From contig MU057724.1 of the NCBI GenBank assembly GCA_013265495.1, forward strand, positions 744,001-808,000: 64,000 bases of DNA, in the 5' to 3' direction. Each line of letters begins with the position of its first letter. The first letter of the stretch is position 1. Below are positions 25,771 to 38,699 of the stretch, piece after piece. The stretch comes from Vicugna vicugna. Its lineage: Eukaryota. Made by a program: the position numbers and the translations under genes. A model generated the notes under the pieces. That model saw only the letters and a program-made list of their open reading frames with translations. It was not told where the DNA came from and ran no database searches.

Positions 25771-26160
25771 GGGCTATAGTCAAAAGTGAGCTACGCTGGT
25801 GCATTCTAGAACTCAGCCCCCAGGGATCAGTCAAGCACAGTCTGAAACACTGGGCTCTCCGGCTGACAGCTCCCAATCACGGGTGATTCCACTTCATCTC
25901 CGCCCTGAACCTGATGGGCAGCACACAGCCGAGTGGACCTGTTCTGGGCCCGGGGGGCAGTCCAGAGGGATTCCAGGCGATGATGCCCCAGCTGCGTGGT
26001 GGGGGACTGCGGCGGTGGAGGAAGGCCAGGGGCAGGTGGTGGGCCAGGCTCGCGGGTCAGCGCCCATGGTCTGTGAGGTCGGGACGGCGCGGAGGAGGTG
26101 AGCGTGGAACCTGTGTTGCAGGGAAGCCGTCCTGCACTCTCCTCTGAGCGGTCGGCGGCT

Positions 26161-26317
26161 GATGAGCTTCAGAGGAGTGCGGTGGCACCTGGGCAGGGGT
26201 GACGAGCTGAGGGGAGTGCGGTGGCACCTGGGCAGGGGTGACGAGCTGAGGGGAGTGCGGTGGCACCTGGGCAGGGGTGATGAGCTGAGCGGAGTGCGGT
26301 GGCACCTGGGCAGGGCT
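26161..26317. repeat. 39-bp minisatellite (VNTR), 4 copies
   Basis: Unit gacgagctgaggggagtgcggtggcacctgggcaggggt; copies 2 and 3 identical, copies 1 and 4 slightly diverged. Confidence 0.95.
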
Positions 26318-26889
26318 GTGAGGGTGCTGTCACCAGAGAGATCCTTCCAGCAGCCCTGGGGATGCTGCCCCGCCTGGCCTGGTGGGCAGCTGGCTTCAGT
26401 CTTGCGGTGTCTGCAGCAATCCGGGCCGGCGGGGCAGGAGGACGGGTTTGCGGGCGCAGCAGAGGGAACAGCGTCCCCACCAGCCTCTGGGAGTCTCAGA
26501 GCACGTGTCCTGGCTTCACATCCCACCAGAGACCCCACGGCCCCCAGACCCTGCTCTCTTCTGCCTGTCCTGGGCCGCAGAGCTCTTCTTTTGGTGGCTT
26601 AAGAGAAACAGGTACCCTTAGTGTGTACCTGCAGAGCTAGAATATTCTGCACGCTTGTGCGAAGTAAGCATGCAAACAGGGAGGAGGTCCCCGGCCGTGG
26701 GCTGGGTTTGAGGAAGGAGGTCGGGGGATACCCTGGTCCTGGGCTGCCACCGTCCTCCTCGGGGCTCCGGGCAGCAGTGGGAGGAGCTGGGCACACATTT
26801 CTGAGCTGCATCTCCGGGCTCCTGCCTCCTGGGGTGGGCGGACAGCCTGGGGTCCTGCGGGGCCAGGTCCTGCTCGGTGGCATGCAAGT

Positions 26890-27035
26890 GGTTTCGTCTG
26901 CGCTCTGCTCTCCCCTCTGAACAATGGAGATAACGGCAGCTCCCTTCCTAGGGCTTCACGAGGAGAAGGCAGGCGGTTTTGCCAAAGCGCGCTGAACACC
27001 TTGCTTGACGGTCAGCACGGTTACTGTTAATTCTG
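26890..27035 (+). mobile_element. MIR SINE fragment
   Basis: cccctctgaacaatggagataacggcagc...aaagcgcgctgaacaccttgcttgac resembles the MIR 3' half. Confidence 0.45.
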
Positions 27036-27493
27036 TACTGTGTGTGACCACTGCACATGGACAGGTGGCCCCCACATCTCGTGCCCCTTGGTGCCCACCT
27101 GAGAGCTCGCCGACTCTGTCTTTCCTGGGGACAGTCATCCCAGCTTGGATGGTCCCTGCTTTCCTCGCCGTTTTCAAGGCTGTCTGCCCCGAAGGCTGTG
27201 AAAAGCCCCTTTTTGGATTGTTGGAGAGGTGATGTGAATGCTGGGACCAGGTCAGCCGCGCCCACAGGCTGCGCCTTCACCCAGGGCTCAGAGGAGAGCC
27301 GGGAACAACGTGGCCGTTGTGAGCAGGGCCCCCGGGCGCGGCGGACGGACGCCTGGCCGTCACGGGATGCTAATCCTGTCGGTTCCACGTGCTGACCGTC
27401 AGCCTTGGGGAGAGGGGCTCCGTGTCTGCACACCCCACCCCTGCCGTGTTCAGCCCGGCTTCCCGCGACCGCCGTTCCAGCGGTGAGACCCTC

Positions 27494-28253
27494 AACTGGT
27501 GCAGCTGCTGTGGAAGACAGCACAGAGGTTCCTCAAGAACTTAAAAATGAAACTTCTGTGTGGTCCAGCAAGTCTACCTCGGGAACACGTCCAAAAGAAA
27601 CGGAAACTCTCACTCAGAAGATGTCTGCTTCCCTGTGCTCCCTGCACGCTGGTTACAACAGCCCAGACGTGGAAACAGCCTCAGTGTCCGGTGGTGGATG
27701 AACAGACAGAGAGGAGGAGGTGTGCACAGAAGGAACGCCGCTCAGCCGTAAGGAAGAAGCAAGTCTTGCATTTGCAGCAACGTGGACGGACCGTGAGGAC
27801 TTTATCGAAGTGAAAGACGTCAGACGGAGAAAGACAGGTTACCTATGATCCCGCTTGACTACGGAATCTTAAAACCAAACAAAGCACCAAACTCACAGAA
27901 AAGGAGATCAAATTTGTGGTTACAGAGGCTGGGGTGGGGAGCGGAAAGGAGGCGGCCGGAGGCGCAAACTTCCAGTGAGAAGGTCAGCAGGGTCGCGGGG
28001 TGTAACGTGCAGCGTGGGGAACGGGGTTAACGCTGCTGCCCGCTACACGTGGAAGCTGCTAGCAGAGTGAATCCCAAGGGTTCCCATCGCAAGGACAAAG
28101 GATTTTCCCTCTTTCCTTCTTTCCTTTCTATGGTAACTACGTGAGAAGACGGGTGCTAGCCATACCTTTCACTTGTATGTAAATCACACGGTCATGCTGG
28201 GCACCTTGACTGTATCCGGTGACACACGCCAGTTATTTCTCAGTGAAACTGAG
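27494..28253 (+). mobile_element. LINE-1 3' ~760 bp (L1MA9/L1MB-like)
   Basis: gaggttcctcaagaacttaaaaatgaa, ctcagccgtaaggaagaa, catttgcagcaacgtggacggacc, gtcagacggagaaagac, gtggttacagagg; terminal ttatttctcagtgaaactg. Confidence 0.85.
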
Positions 28254-31200
28254 ACGCAAGGGCTGCTGCGTCGTAAAGCTCCGTGCGTGGTGCTAACGTG
28301 GTGGCGATGCCGGCGAGGGGGACAGGGGCTCCCATAAGGCCCAGCGGTGCAGATTCAAACCGGACTGAGGTGAGGGCCAGGGGACGCCCTCAGACACGGA
28401 CCCACTGTCTGGCGTCCCTCTGAGCAGAGTCGCTGCCCAGGTGCAGAGGCTCTGCCCCCTTGTAGCCCCGCTGCTCGCTCTTGCTTTTCGCTCAGGAGAG
28501 GCTCGCTGGGATGCGTGGTTCGAAATCAGACGAAAAGAGAGGCATGAGGACGGGTCCACTACCTTTTTGTCTCTTCGTAGAAAGGGAATCGTTACTGGAC
28601 CTTCATCCTGCAGCTGTTTATATTCAAAAATGCACATTATAAAGTGCAGATTAGGTATGTGTTGGGTAATCTTTCCATCAAGTCAGCGGTGTGTAAATTA
28701 AGGGTGACAGTGTCAGGAGGGATGTCTGGTCTGCTTCTGTAGAAAATGCAGGTAGAACCCAGCTTCCTCTTAATGACTCGCAGAGACGAATTCTGCCGTC
28801 AGGCTGTTGAGCTTCGACGGTCCTCTGCTGTGCAGGGTCTAGGACCTAGCCCGTGTCACGGGTGGCGCCGCGTAGGACACGCCGCGTGCAGACAGGCTCC
28901 TGAGGCGCCAGGTGTGGCTCTGTGCGGGGTCTGACCCTCCGCGCTGTGAGCAGAGCTCACCGAAGGCGGTGAACGAGACGCAGGACGACCTCCGAACGTC
29001 GGGGCCTGGTGAGCATCATGCCGGTGGAACATCCCAGGGAGTCACGGAAGGGCTCGCTCGGAGTTAGAACGCGGACGGGAGGAGGGGACGCGGTGACGAT
29101 GGTGACAGACTTACCTGTGAAGCTGAGTTTTTCTCTCCTTGGTGGAACCGTGGTCCTCGGGGCACCTTTCAAAGGGAGCGTCACCAGGGGAGACGTCCCA
29201 CCTGTTAATGCAGATGCCGGTGAGCTGGCTGGGTCCACTCCTTAGCCAGTAATTTCCTAAAAGAAGAGAGCTGTGTTGGAACGTCAGAGCCGCCACGGTC
29301 CTGTGGAAACACCGTAGCAACAGGAGTCTTCAGAGAACAACTTGCCGTGCTCTTGCATGGTGACGGGGCAGCCACCCATGCAGCCTTCGTTTCTGAGCAC
29401 TTTTCTCAGAGTCGAGTTCAGGTGTAGAAATGCGTCTCCCAGGCGGCGCGGCCGCCCCAGGGGACTGGGACTCCCTGTTACACGTGCATGCGGACGGGAG
29501 GGCGACGGGAAACTGCCCCAGGGAGGTGCTTTTATTTGCTTTTGCAGTTAGGATTTTAGCAGGCGCCTTACCTCCGGCTCAGGTCTTTTTGTGGAAGGTA
29601 AAATATATTTTCGAAGTCAATCCAGGTACCCACCGGTCTATTTCCAGTTCTAAAATGCTTCTATTTCCTTATAAATACACAGACAGACTTGAATTTCTCT
29701 GTCCGTTCCCTTCTAAGGAGTGGAAGCCTGCCTGTGAGGAGAGGAGGCTGAGCGTGAGCCCTCTCCGTGGCTTCTGAGGACGCGCCTTGGCGTGAAATTC
29801 CTCTTCCCGTCAAAGTTTCCCAGGCCGTCCCTCCCCCTCCAGCTCGTCCCCCGGGCATCCTCCCCCCACCCCAGCCCCCGCCGTTTTGTGCGGCAGCCGG
29901 GCAGGAGCCCGGAGACCGTGGGCAGGTGTCGGCTCGCTCCTGTCTTTGGTGGTGTCCCAAACCCCACAGGGCGCAGAGGTCCAGGAAAAAATGTGAAATC
30001 AGCCACCCAAGTCGAATGGAAAATTTCAGGACGTGGAAAACAGGGGGACAGTGGAGAGCTGAGGTCACGGCTCAGAGTGATCTTTTGGTTTACCTGTTTA
30101 CCCAAAGCATTTCACCCATTCCATAGGAAAAAGGGGGGGGGAGAGAAAGTGAGAAGAAAAAGAAAAAAAACCCAGTTAATCTGTGTGGCAGGCTGGATTA
30201 CAAAGACCGTTTTGTTTACTTTACGCCATAGGTTTAGCGCCATCTCTGAGCCGTAGGATGACGTCTTGAGTTCTCCTTCCACTTTGTTCTGTGTGTCGTT
30301 TCTCCGAAATCCTTAAAGTGCACGTATTTACAAGGAAGTTGAAGCCACTGGTGCCTGGATATTCGGATTCCTTGGGAAATACTTTTTCCCGGGAGCGGGG
30401 CGCCCGTCGCTGGGTTGACGCGCTCTGTCACTGTGCGGGATCCGGAGGCCGCAGGAGGATGTCGGCAGACGTTCTGCACTGGATTCCTGGTCACAGAGAG
30501 AGAGGAGACCGGCGTTTCCTCTGACTGACCTCATCTGGGCAACGACCCAACGTAAACGCGGTCCCTGCGCTCCTCACATCCTCCGTGACGTCACGTGGGC
30601 CCCGGGTTCTCCACCTCCTCCCTCCTGCCCAGGACCCCTCTCCCTGCAGACAGTGGTCAGATCAGCCAGGTGTTGCTTTGCCCAGAGACCGTGTCTGGGG
30701 GCCCCCGGGAGGGTCTCGTCTGGCAGTGCTGTGACCCAGAGACCCCCGGGCTGTCCAGTTCTCGGGTGTCAGAACTCCTGGAATCTTCCAACACAGGAAG
30801 GAAAACTGGGGAGATCTGAGCCGTAGCGTCGCAGACCTCTGACCAGGAGAGACGTCTGAGAGACGCCTGGTTTCTGGAACACAGTTTGGGAACCGGGCGC
30901 TGTGTCCAGCCTGCCCCAGTGAGCTCCTTGGGGGAGAAGCAGGGTTCGGGCCTGCTTCTGGGAGAGTCTTCTCATCCATTCCTCACACGGAGCTGGCTCT
31001 TCCGTGACTCAGCTTTTCTTTGAAGAAAAGCTTCCTGGGACCCCCCCCCCAAACAACAAAAAACAAAAAAAGATTCTAGAAATATTTGTGGACGCTCAGG
31101 ACTGAATCTCAGTGTCAGCCGTTTTTTCCCTGGCTTGGCGTCTCCTCAGACTTCTGATGGTATTTTTGGAATGAAACCGCGTATTCAGACTCCAGTATGA

Positions 31201-31757
31201 AATCCAAAAGCCAGAATCGCCTGATACTTTTTCCCACAAGTGCGTTGGAACCACAGCAAATGAAAGGGCTCCCTCTCAGCCAGAGACCACTGAGGTGCTG
31301 GACAGAATGTCAGAACGATGAAGGTGACTCTGTCGGCTGATGGATGAACGCCCTTAGAGCTCGCTAGCGGGCACCAGGCTGTCGCGGGCAGAGCCGCGGC
31401 TCGCGGCGCCCGCGGGCCAGACACACCGCTGTCTCTGGACGGGAAGGGCACAACAGGAGCTGTGAATCTAGATTACAGACCCAAGAAGACGGACCGTCAA
31501 GTGTGAAATTAACATCAGCCAGCAACCTTGGGTTTCTACTGCATTGGCCTAAATTTCCAGGCCAAATACACGCATTAGGAGGCAGAGGTCTAAGTTATTA
31601 CTGGAATTCAGTGCCAGGGAAATCAACAGCGGCCGGCGAATGTGCCCGTGTGGGCCCCGCCCGCACTGGGCTTCAGCCCTCCCAGCCGGAGTTGTCCAGG
31701 AGCAGGTCGAACACTCCTGGTCAAATGCTACAAGGTCTGGTTTTTTCTTTTAAATTC

Positions 31758-31878
31758 TTTTGGGGTAGTAATTAGGTTGGTTTGTTTGCTTGTTTGTTTT
31801 GATGGTGATACTGGAGATTGAACCCAGGACCTCGCGCATGCTAAGCACATGCTTCACCACTGAGCTGTACCCTCCCCC
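31758..31878 (-). mobile_element. Camelid tRNA-derived SINE (Vic-1-like)
   Basis: gtaattaggttgg...ctggagattgaacccaggacctcgcgcatgctaagcacatgcttcaccactgagctgtaccctccccc; B-box GGTTCAATC on the minus strand. Confidence 0.85.
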
Positions 31879-32759
31879 AAATCTGTTTTTTCCTTAAAAA
31901 ATGTTTTTCTTTTTTAGTTACATACTCTACAACTTGCTGTGGGCAAAACCCTCTCATCAGGCTGTGGGAGAAATTCAAAATGAGTAGCAGAAATGACAAC
32001 TTATCTTTATTTCAACATGGAAATGTGGTTTCTCCAGATGTTTCTAATGTTCCAAGTAGGGATTTTCAAAGGCTGAACATTGCATCACGGCTGCCGGCCG
32101 AAAAGATTCTGCACAGGGATGTGTGTCTGCGACCCCCACACACAGACACTCACACGCCCCAGGACTGTGGACTGTGACCTGAACTGATGCACAAGCAGAG
32201 GATCTGAAGGAGGGCCACGTTTCTCCCTGGATGTCGTCAGACACGGACCCCAGGCAGCTGGCTTCTTTGTGGAACCGTTAAGGGTCTGAAGAGCCCTCAG
32301 CCATCCAGAGCATCTGGTGGCGGGTGAATCATTCTGAAAGCTGGTTCTCAAGACCACAGGGAGTCCGGGAGGGAACCTATGAGAAACATCGAGGGCCCCA
32401 CCCCACCGGACATCCCACGCATGCCCTCCCCCAGCACACAGGGGAGAGAGAAGGGCAGGGTGACGGGGTGGGACAGAGGCATCACAGTGCTGGAGGTGCG
32501 GCTTTTGTTTGAGTCACTTGTGTCGCGTCATCATGACACTCTTCTGCGGGGGGCGGGGCGGGGATGGTGGCCAGAGCCTGAGGCTTTCAGGGGGCGGCGA
32601 TGCAGGGGCGGCTGGCCCGATGGCTGCGAGAAGCAGCAGGATGATGTGTCCGTGTCCTGCCGCACCCTGCGCCACGCGGTGCGTGTCGGAGAACACCGTA
32701 CCACAGCGACAAGTCAGGTGGCTCCCACCATCAACCAGGTCATGTCTACTTAGGACACA

Positions 32760-33050
32760 AGTCATTCACTTGGGAACGCCTTCTGCTCGTCCCAGGGTCC
32801 CAGGAGTAGGCAGGGCACTGGGAGGTAAAGAGCGACCCCAGTCTCCACTCTTACGGAGGAGCTCGCAGTCCAGTGAGGAGGGGCCACGCCGGCAGACGAG
32901 TGTGCGGGGACCGCGTGCAAGCGCGGGTGCGGGCGGGGCGAGAGCCCTGTGCAGGGCGGGTGGGGGGTGGGGGGGCTTTGTGGAGGAGGGGGCAGCTGAA
33001 CCGAGACTCCGGGAACAGGGGAGGAACGAGCCGGATGGACGCAAAGTGGA
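32760..33050 (-). mobile_element. LINE-2 fragment
   Basis: cattcacttgggaacgccttc..., ggagctcgcagtccagtgagg, ggctttgtggaggagggggcagctgaaccgagac resemble L2a blocks. Confidence 0.5.
32954..32975 (+). other. G-quadruplex-forming motif
   Basis: GGG-C-GGG-T-GGGGGG-T-GGGGGGG. Confidence 0.6.
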
Positions 33051-36000
33051 GCAGGCCCTGGAGGCTGCTCAAGGGCTCCGTTTGTTCAGGAAACTACAAT
33101 TGTTCAGTGTTTCTGGAGTGTGCGAAAATATAAAATAAGCCGTTTATTTGTTGAGGAACCAGCAAAAGCTTGTGGGTTTGGGTAGTATCCTGACATGATC
33201 AGAAGCAGCCTTCGGTGTCAGATGCTGAGCAAACATTCAGTCTACGTCACTGTGTCTGGCTGCGTTAGAGAAAGACACAAAGCCAGCCCGCACCCCGGCT
33301 GGAGGTCGGGTGGGGCGTTTCCACGAAAGCCCAGCAGGCATGAATGCTTATCCAGCACACCCACGTCGCCCGTTTTCTTGGGCCCGTGGCTTTTCCTCAT
33401 TCGTCAGGGTCCAAGCCTAAAGCCACCACCGTATCGAGAGTCCTATCAGCGAGGTCAGGACTCGGATCAGAGCGACCTGAATGTTCCTCCACGAGTTTTG
33501 AATTTTCTGAGATTCGCTGATCCTGGGTTCCAGGCTTGCCTACCCTCTCCCTATGTACTGGGGCACAGACAACCCAGTGTGGTGGATGAACTTGCCGAGG
33601 TGTTTCTGGGGTAGGAAAGTCAGTTTCCTGGGGTCTCTTTACTTACACTTAGTAAAGATTATTTGTGACGGCAAGTGAATTAAACAAAACACGGGGAACA
33701 TGACAAAATATAATCTTGTAATTACTGGACATAAAAGCTCTTTTGGCCAAATAGAAACGGGATAGACAGTTTGATCTGGTTACTGAGTTCTTCTTTCCTG
33801 TCCTCCGCAGAGGTTGCTGGGGCTGGGCCCCCTGTGTGAGGTGGGGTTCGTGGCTGAAAACGCCCAGCACGGGCTAGTCCAAATCCAACATCCAGGAGAA
33901 GTTTTATTTTTTAACTTTTTGTGGGAAAGAGAGTAGAACCGGCACCTGAGTGGGCACAAGCCACACCTTTTCTCTGCGCTGCTGTAAACCGTGAGGGCTG
34001 GTGGTTCGGGGCGTCGCTGGATGAACTGGGTCGGCTGACAGGAAGAAGCCGGAACGGTCACCGAGGAGCGTCGTAATCGAGGTCCAGGTGGACTTGCTGC
34101 TGATACCAGCTCAGCTGCATGCGCGAAGGGTGTGCTGGACTTGGGAGACGGGCCAGGTATAGCACGAGGCCCGCAGGGGACACGCTGTCCGTCTCAGGAA
34201 AGCAAGAGCCTTCCGGTGGTGGGCGAGGCCAGCTCCGCCCGCGCCTTCTCCTGCTGGGCTCTCCTGGCACCTCAGCGAATAACGGCTTTCTGATCCTGGC
34301 GGAGTTGTCACCAGTGCCCACGGCCACCACACACTCCCCTGCTCTCGACTGAAGGGTCAGCACGCTAGCGACTTGCTGCCTCTGCGTGGCTCAGTCACGG
34401 GGGAGCTCATGGTGGAATTCATGGTGTCAGTGGCAACTGTATTTGTGAGGAAATCAGTGAGAATCTGCTTCTCACCTCCCTTCCCAACTCGGCTTCAGAG
34501 TGCTTTCCTGCCGGCTATCATTTTAATCCTCCTGATGGAATGAAAATTACTTTGGTTTTAGAAGTTCCTTTATCTTTGACACAGACCTGGATAAGAGGCA
34601 ATGTACCAGGGAGAAAACGCAGCATTAGGAGTCAAAGTTGGTTGCAGAGCAGGAGATAAGTGTTCTGTCCTTTGATTGTTTAAAATGTTTCTTTCTTTCC
34701 TAATTTCAGAAGTAACATATTCTTACAAGTAAGTGGGCACACTGTGTAAAGGCTTTGTACTGCAGGTGAAGCTTTTCCAAGTTCTTGCCAAACTCATTGG
34801 GTGAAGAGCTTTCTGTATGTTTTGTGGTTTGTGAATCTGAGAAGCATCATCGTGTTTCTCCAGCTCCTGGCATTGCTCGGGGGGAGACATCGGTGCTCGT
34901 GGGCCGTCAGCTACAGGCTTTCATCCACGATGGTGACGTGGTTGATCTCTGATCATATGCGTCGCAGGGGATTTTGTATTAAATGGTGACAAGGAGCAGG
35001 TGACACAGGCTGACGGAAGGAGGAGGAAGGCACTTTGCTAACACACAAGGGAAAAAATCATGCTTTCATTGGCTAAAAAGTACATTTTTGGCTCTCTTCG
35101 GAGTGCTGGTGTGAACAGATCGAAACCCGTGTTCAACTTTAAGGAAAAAAATGCCGATCCACTCTGTGTGCCACACCGTGGCCTGGGCTCCTTGCCCTCC
35201 TGGACTCAGTAGGAGGGCGGGGGGCTGAGCAGGGCTCCCTCGCCTTGGCTGGACTTGAAGCCACTGCGGGAGCACGGTCAGCCGGGTGGTGGAGCTCTGC
35301 CCTCCCCACCAGGCTGGGTGCTGGGACCGCAGGACCCGGACGGCCTGGATTACCCCGTGGCAGCCGCTGTCCATTCTTTCCAGAAAACCCTCTCATTAAC
35401 GTGTGTGTCACCAGACAGTGATTTCTGGACAAGTGAAAAGGCAGCGCCTTTCTTGTTTAAGATTTGAAATTGCAAAAAGAGAGTGGCCGCCTTTCAAGTC
35501 AGTCAGGACACCTCCCTGGAAAGTTACCTGGGCTGCTGGGGCTTGGCAGGGGCGCAGGAGGGAGCTGGCCCGGAGAGGCTCCCGCCGGCCCGGGCGGCCA
35601 GCCCCAGGGCAGCAGCTCCCCTGGAGTCCTGCAGATTTTCCTAAACTGTAAAAATCGAAAAGTTACCTTTTAGAATCGTCTTTTCTTCTAATTCTTTTTT
35701 ATTGCCTTTTTTTTTATTGCCTCAGGAAGGCAGTAACACAAAAGATCCTTTTACGTCTTTGATTTAAAACGCAGAATCCGAGCAGGGCTCGCCCGGCCGG
35801 GTGCAGGGAGGGAGACCTGTGGCTGGTCCGTGCCCATCCCACCAGTAAGAGGCCGGCTACTGCAAACAGGTTCCTTCATTTCAGCTTATAAACCCAGGAA
35901 AACGACCTAAAACCCTAATATGTGAAAATAAAAGGCCTGGATCCTCACCCGATCTAACTTTATAAGAAATCTTCACCTCTTTCCTTGTGTAAAACTTTTT

Positions 36001-37240
36001 ATCGTGCATAGAAGCCCCCCCCACCCCAACTGCCTTCCTTCCCCTCTGGATTTTATAGCGGGTTTTTTTCAGCTTAATTTCAAACTCTTTGAAGCCCCTG
36101 TGCTGTGAGCTGTTTTGTTAAAGGAATTTATGAAGAATTTGGGATCATTCAAGACAAGCATGTGCTGTTTCCTTTTAAGTGTTTCCCCGAGAGGTTTCTC
36201 AATACTTCTTTCCACTGGGCGCCTCGAACGGTGATTGCTTGGCCAAGGGCAGGATGCAACCGAGAGAGTGAGGAAGAGAGGGGCGTCTGAACCTGTCCGG
36301 GAGTTGTGACTCAGCACTCCGTGGCCCCACCTCCTCTGCTGCAACAGCCTCCCTCACAGCTGGTCCCCGACCACCTGTACCAGCCTCACCTGTGAGAAAC
36401 ACAGACTCCTGACCGCCGTCTAGTCCCCAGTTCTGGGCGTGGGACCCAGCCAGCTGAGTCCCCGCCCACCCTCCGGCTGACTCCGATGCTCTTCAGGTCA
36501 GAGAGCAGCCTGGGCTCCCCGCCCACATGGCCTCTGGACTGTCCTTGGAGCAAGGCTGCCTCCGTCCACCTCACCCCTGGGGCTGGGGAGAGACGGGCCT
36601 GGCTTCTCTCTGACTGCCTCTCTTCAGCTCACCCCAGGGCTGGAAGGGCCTCCGGTCCCCGCTGGGCTGAGGCAGACCTGGGATGTAGTCCTCCCCGCAC
36701 TGTGGGGGATGGGGAGAGGGATCAGTGGCCATCGGTGCTTCTGTGGGGCCCACGTGTGTGTTCAGGCCTGTGCTCAGGGGAATGTGTTTATCCAAAGCAC
36801 ACCCTGGACAAACACCACCAGGAGAAGGGCAGAAACAGGCAGCTCCACGGCCAGGAAGACACCCAGGTGCCCGGGTCAGGCAGGTGGGACCTGACTGATG
36901 GCCACTTAGAAAGGACGTCCACGCCCGTCCACCATTAGCACGTGGTGACGCTTTGTGGCATGTTTAACTGTGTTGACCCCAACCCTGACCCCATCCCCCC
37001 CCACTTCGTTAGCTAATTCCCGCAGAATTCGCCTGGTTATAGCTCAAACCTTTACTTCATTTAGATTCTGTCGGCTTAAGATGTGGTGGCCTCCATTTTA
37101 TTTGTTTTGACAAACATGGTTTTAAAATAAGTTCACTCTATAAGATAAGAGAACACGAAGTGATCAGTACACTGTCGATAATGTGAAATCTCACCAAAAG
37201 TTACTTAATATAAGAAATAGAGACCCCTTCGTTACACCTG

Positions 37241-37423
37241 CAGCTGGCCTTTGAGCAATGCAGGCAGGGTTTAGGGGTGACCAATCCCCCGCCGTTGAAA
37301 ATCTCTGTAACTTTACAGTTCTCTGTATCTGTGGATTCAACCAACTGCGCATCTAGCAGTGAAAAAAATCCGCATATAAATGGACCTGCACAGTTCAGAT
37401 GTGAGTTGTTCAAGGGTCAATTG
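37241..37423. mobile_element. Tigger1/MER2-type MITE
   Basis: Imperfect terminal inverted repeats cagctggcctttgagcaa ... ttgttcaagggtcaattg followed by TA; internal aaaaaatccgcatataaatggacctgcacagttca. Confidence 0.75.
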
Positions 37424-38309
37424 TATATTATTACATATTATTTACTCAACAATGTGCTTGTGAAGTAAAATGATGCTCAATTTAATTGTCTCTTATCCTT
37501 TTATTGTGTTTGGGCTAAGTTTAGGTATTATGAGATAAAAACATTTAAAAGAGAGGGAAGACTTACTTGTCATCAATTCAGAGAGAATAACCTTCTCCTA
37601 GGTAAGCCTGTTTGCAACTTTACATAAACATTAATAAGTAACACATAATTAAACTGAAGTGACACAGTGAAAGTAGCCTGGGAACTAGAGAAAAAATACA
37701 CCCACTAAGACTGAATTCCACTTGGCAGAGTGTCCGTATTTTAAAATGATACAGGGTCACCAAGCAGGGGAATCTGCACGGCTGCTCCCGAAGGGGCCAC
37801 GAGCATCTCGGGAGGAAGCCAGAGGCTGCCCAGGTAGGAGCCCACCTGACTCCCAGGGGAGCCGCCAGGTCCTGAGGGGCTGGGCGCTGGACCCTGCCTC
37901 TCGGCAGGGACACCTCACAGCCAGCTGTGACAGTGTGGCTGGTTCTTCTCCCTTTGGGGTGAAATCGCGTTTAGAAGCATCTCTGCAGCGAGCAGGCCCC
38001 CCTCTGTGGGGTGAGTAGAAAAAGCTGGTATGTTTCTGGCCCCAAAAATGTGGATGAGGATTGAGGAAGACGGGAGGCGTGCTTGGAAAATTAGAGCAGA
38101 CGTGCAAACACTGAAGCACAGCCCAGTCCCCCATTGTGCAGATCAGGGCTCACAGGTCAGGGGATGGGGGCAGGCGGTCAGGAGTGGAGGAGCTGCTTTG
38201 GTGGAAGTTTGTGTGGTCTGGTCTCCACCGCCCTCAGCTCGCGGCAGTGTTGAGGGTGTGGGGAGTGTGGGGGGTGTGGGACAGGGCCAGAGCTGGGCTG
38301 GGCCACATG

Positions 38310-38452
38310 GGCGAGGTTTCAGGATCAGCGGTACACGGGTCACCGGCGAACCGGGTAGAAATGCAGACTCCCAGGCCCTGCCCCGGACCCACTGCACCGA
38401 GACACCAGCAAGGCCCACAGGTGACCCTGTGCATGTGGGCTTTGACAGACGG
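38310..38452 (+). mobile_element. MER5A (hAT-Charlie) fragment
   Basis: tagaaatgcagactcccaggccctgccccggacccactg...caggtgaccctgtgcatg. Confidence 0.65.
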
Positions 38453-38699
38453 GGGACTGACCACCTCAGGCCTGCAGCTCAGCGAGGCCGAGTGAGGTCA
38501 AGTGGTGACCTGTCTCCTTTCTGCCAAATCTAAGTAGAAGACTGACCCCATCACGGAGGGCCTAGCCCCAGCACATTCGACGGAGAGACGGGCCGGAGCT
38601 GGGACCCACGAGAAACGTAATTACCACTCACTGCCTTGTTGAAAGAACGTGTCGCGGCTTCACCTAATCCCTGTCTTTCCTTCTCGCCCCTGAGAACCA

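Noticed and set aside
26057-26602. Repeat-containing ORFs and a possible CRISPR-like array
   Set aside because: The 39-bp units are head-to-tail with no unique spacers, and the DNA is mammalian. The peptide repeats arise only because 39 is divisible by 3.
30237-30250. AGCGCCATCT half-match to CTCF
   Set aside because: Only one half of the motif fits; the CCASY portion is absent.
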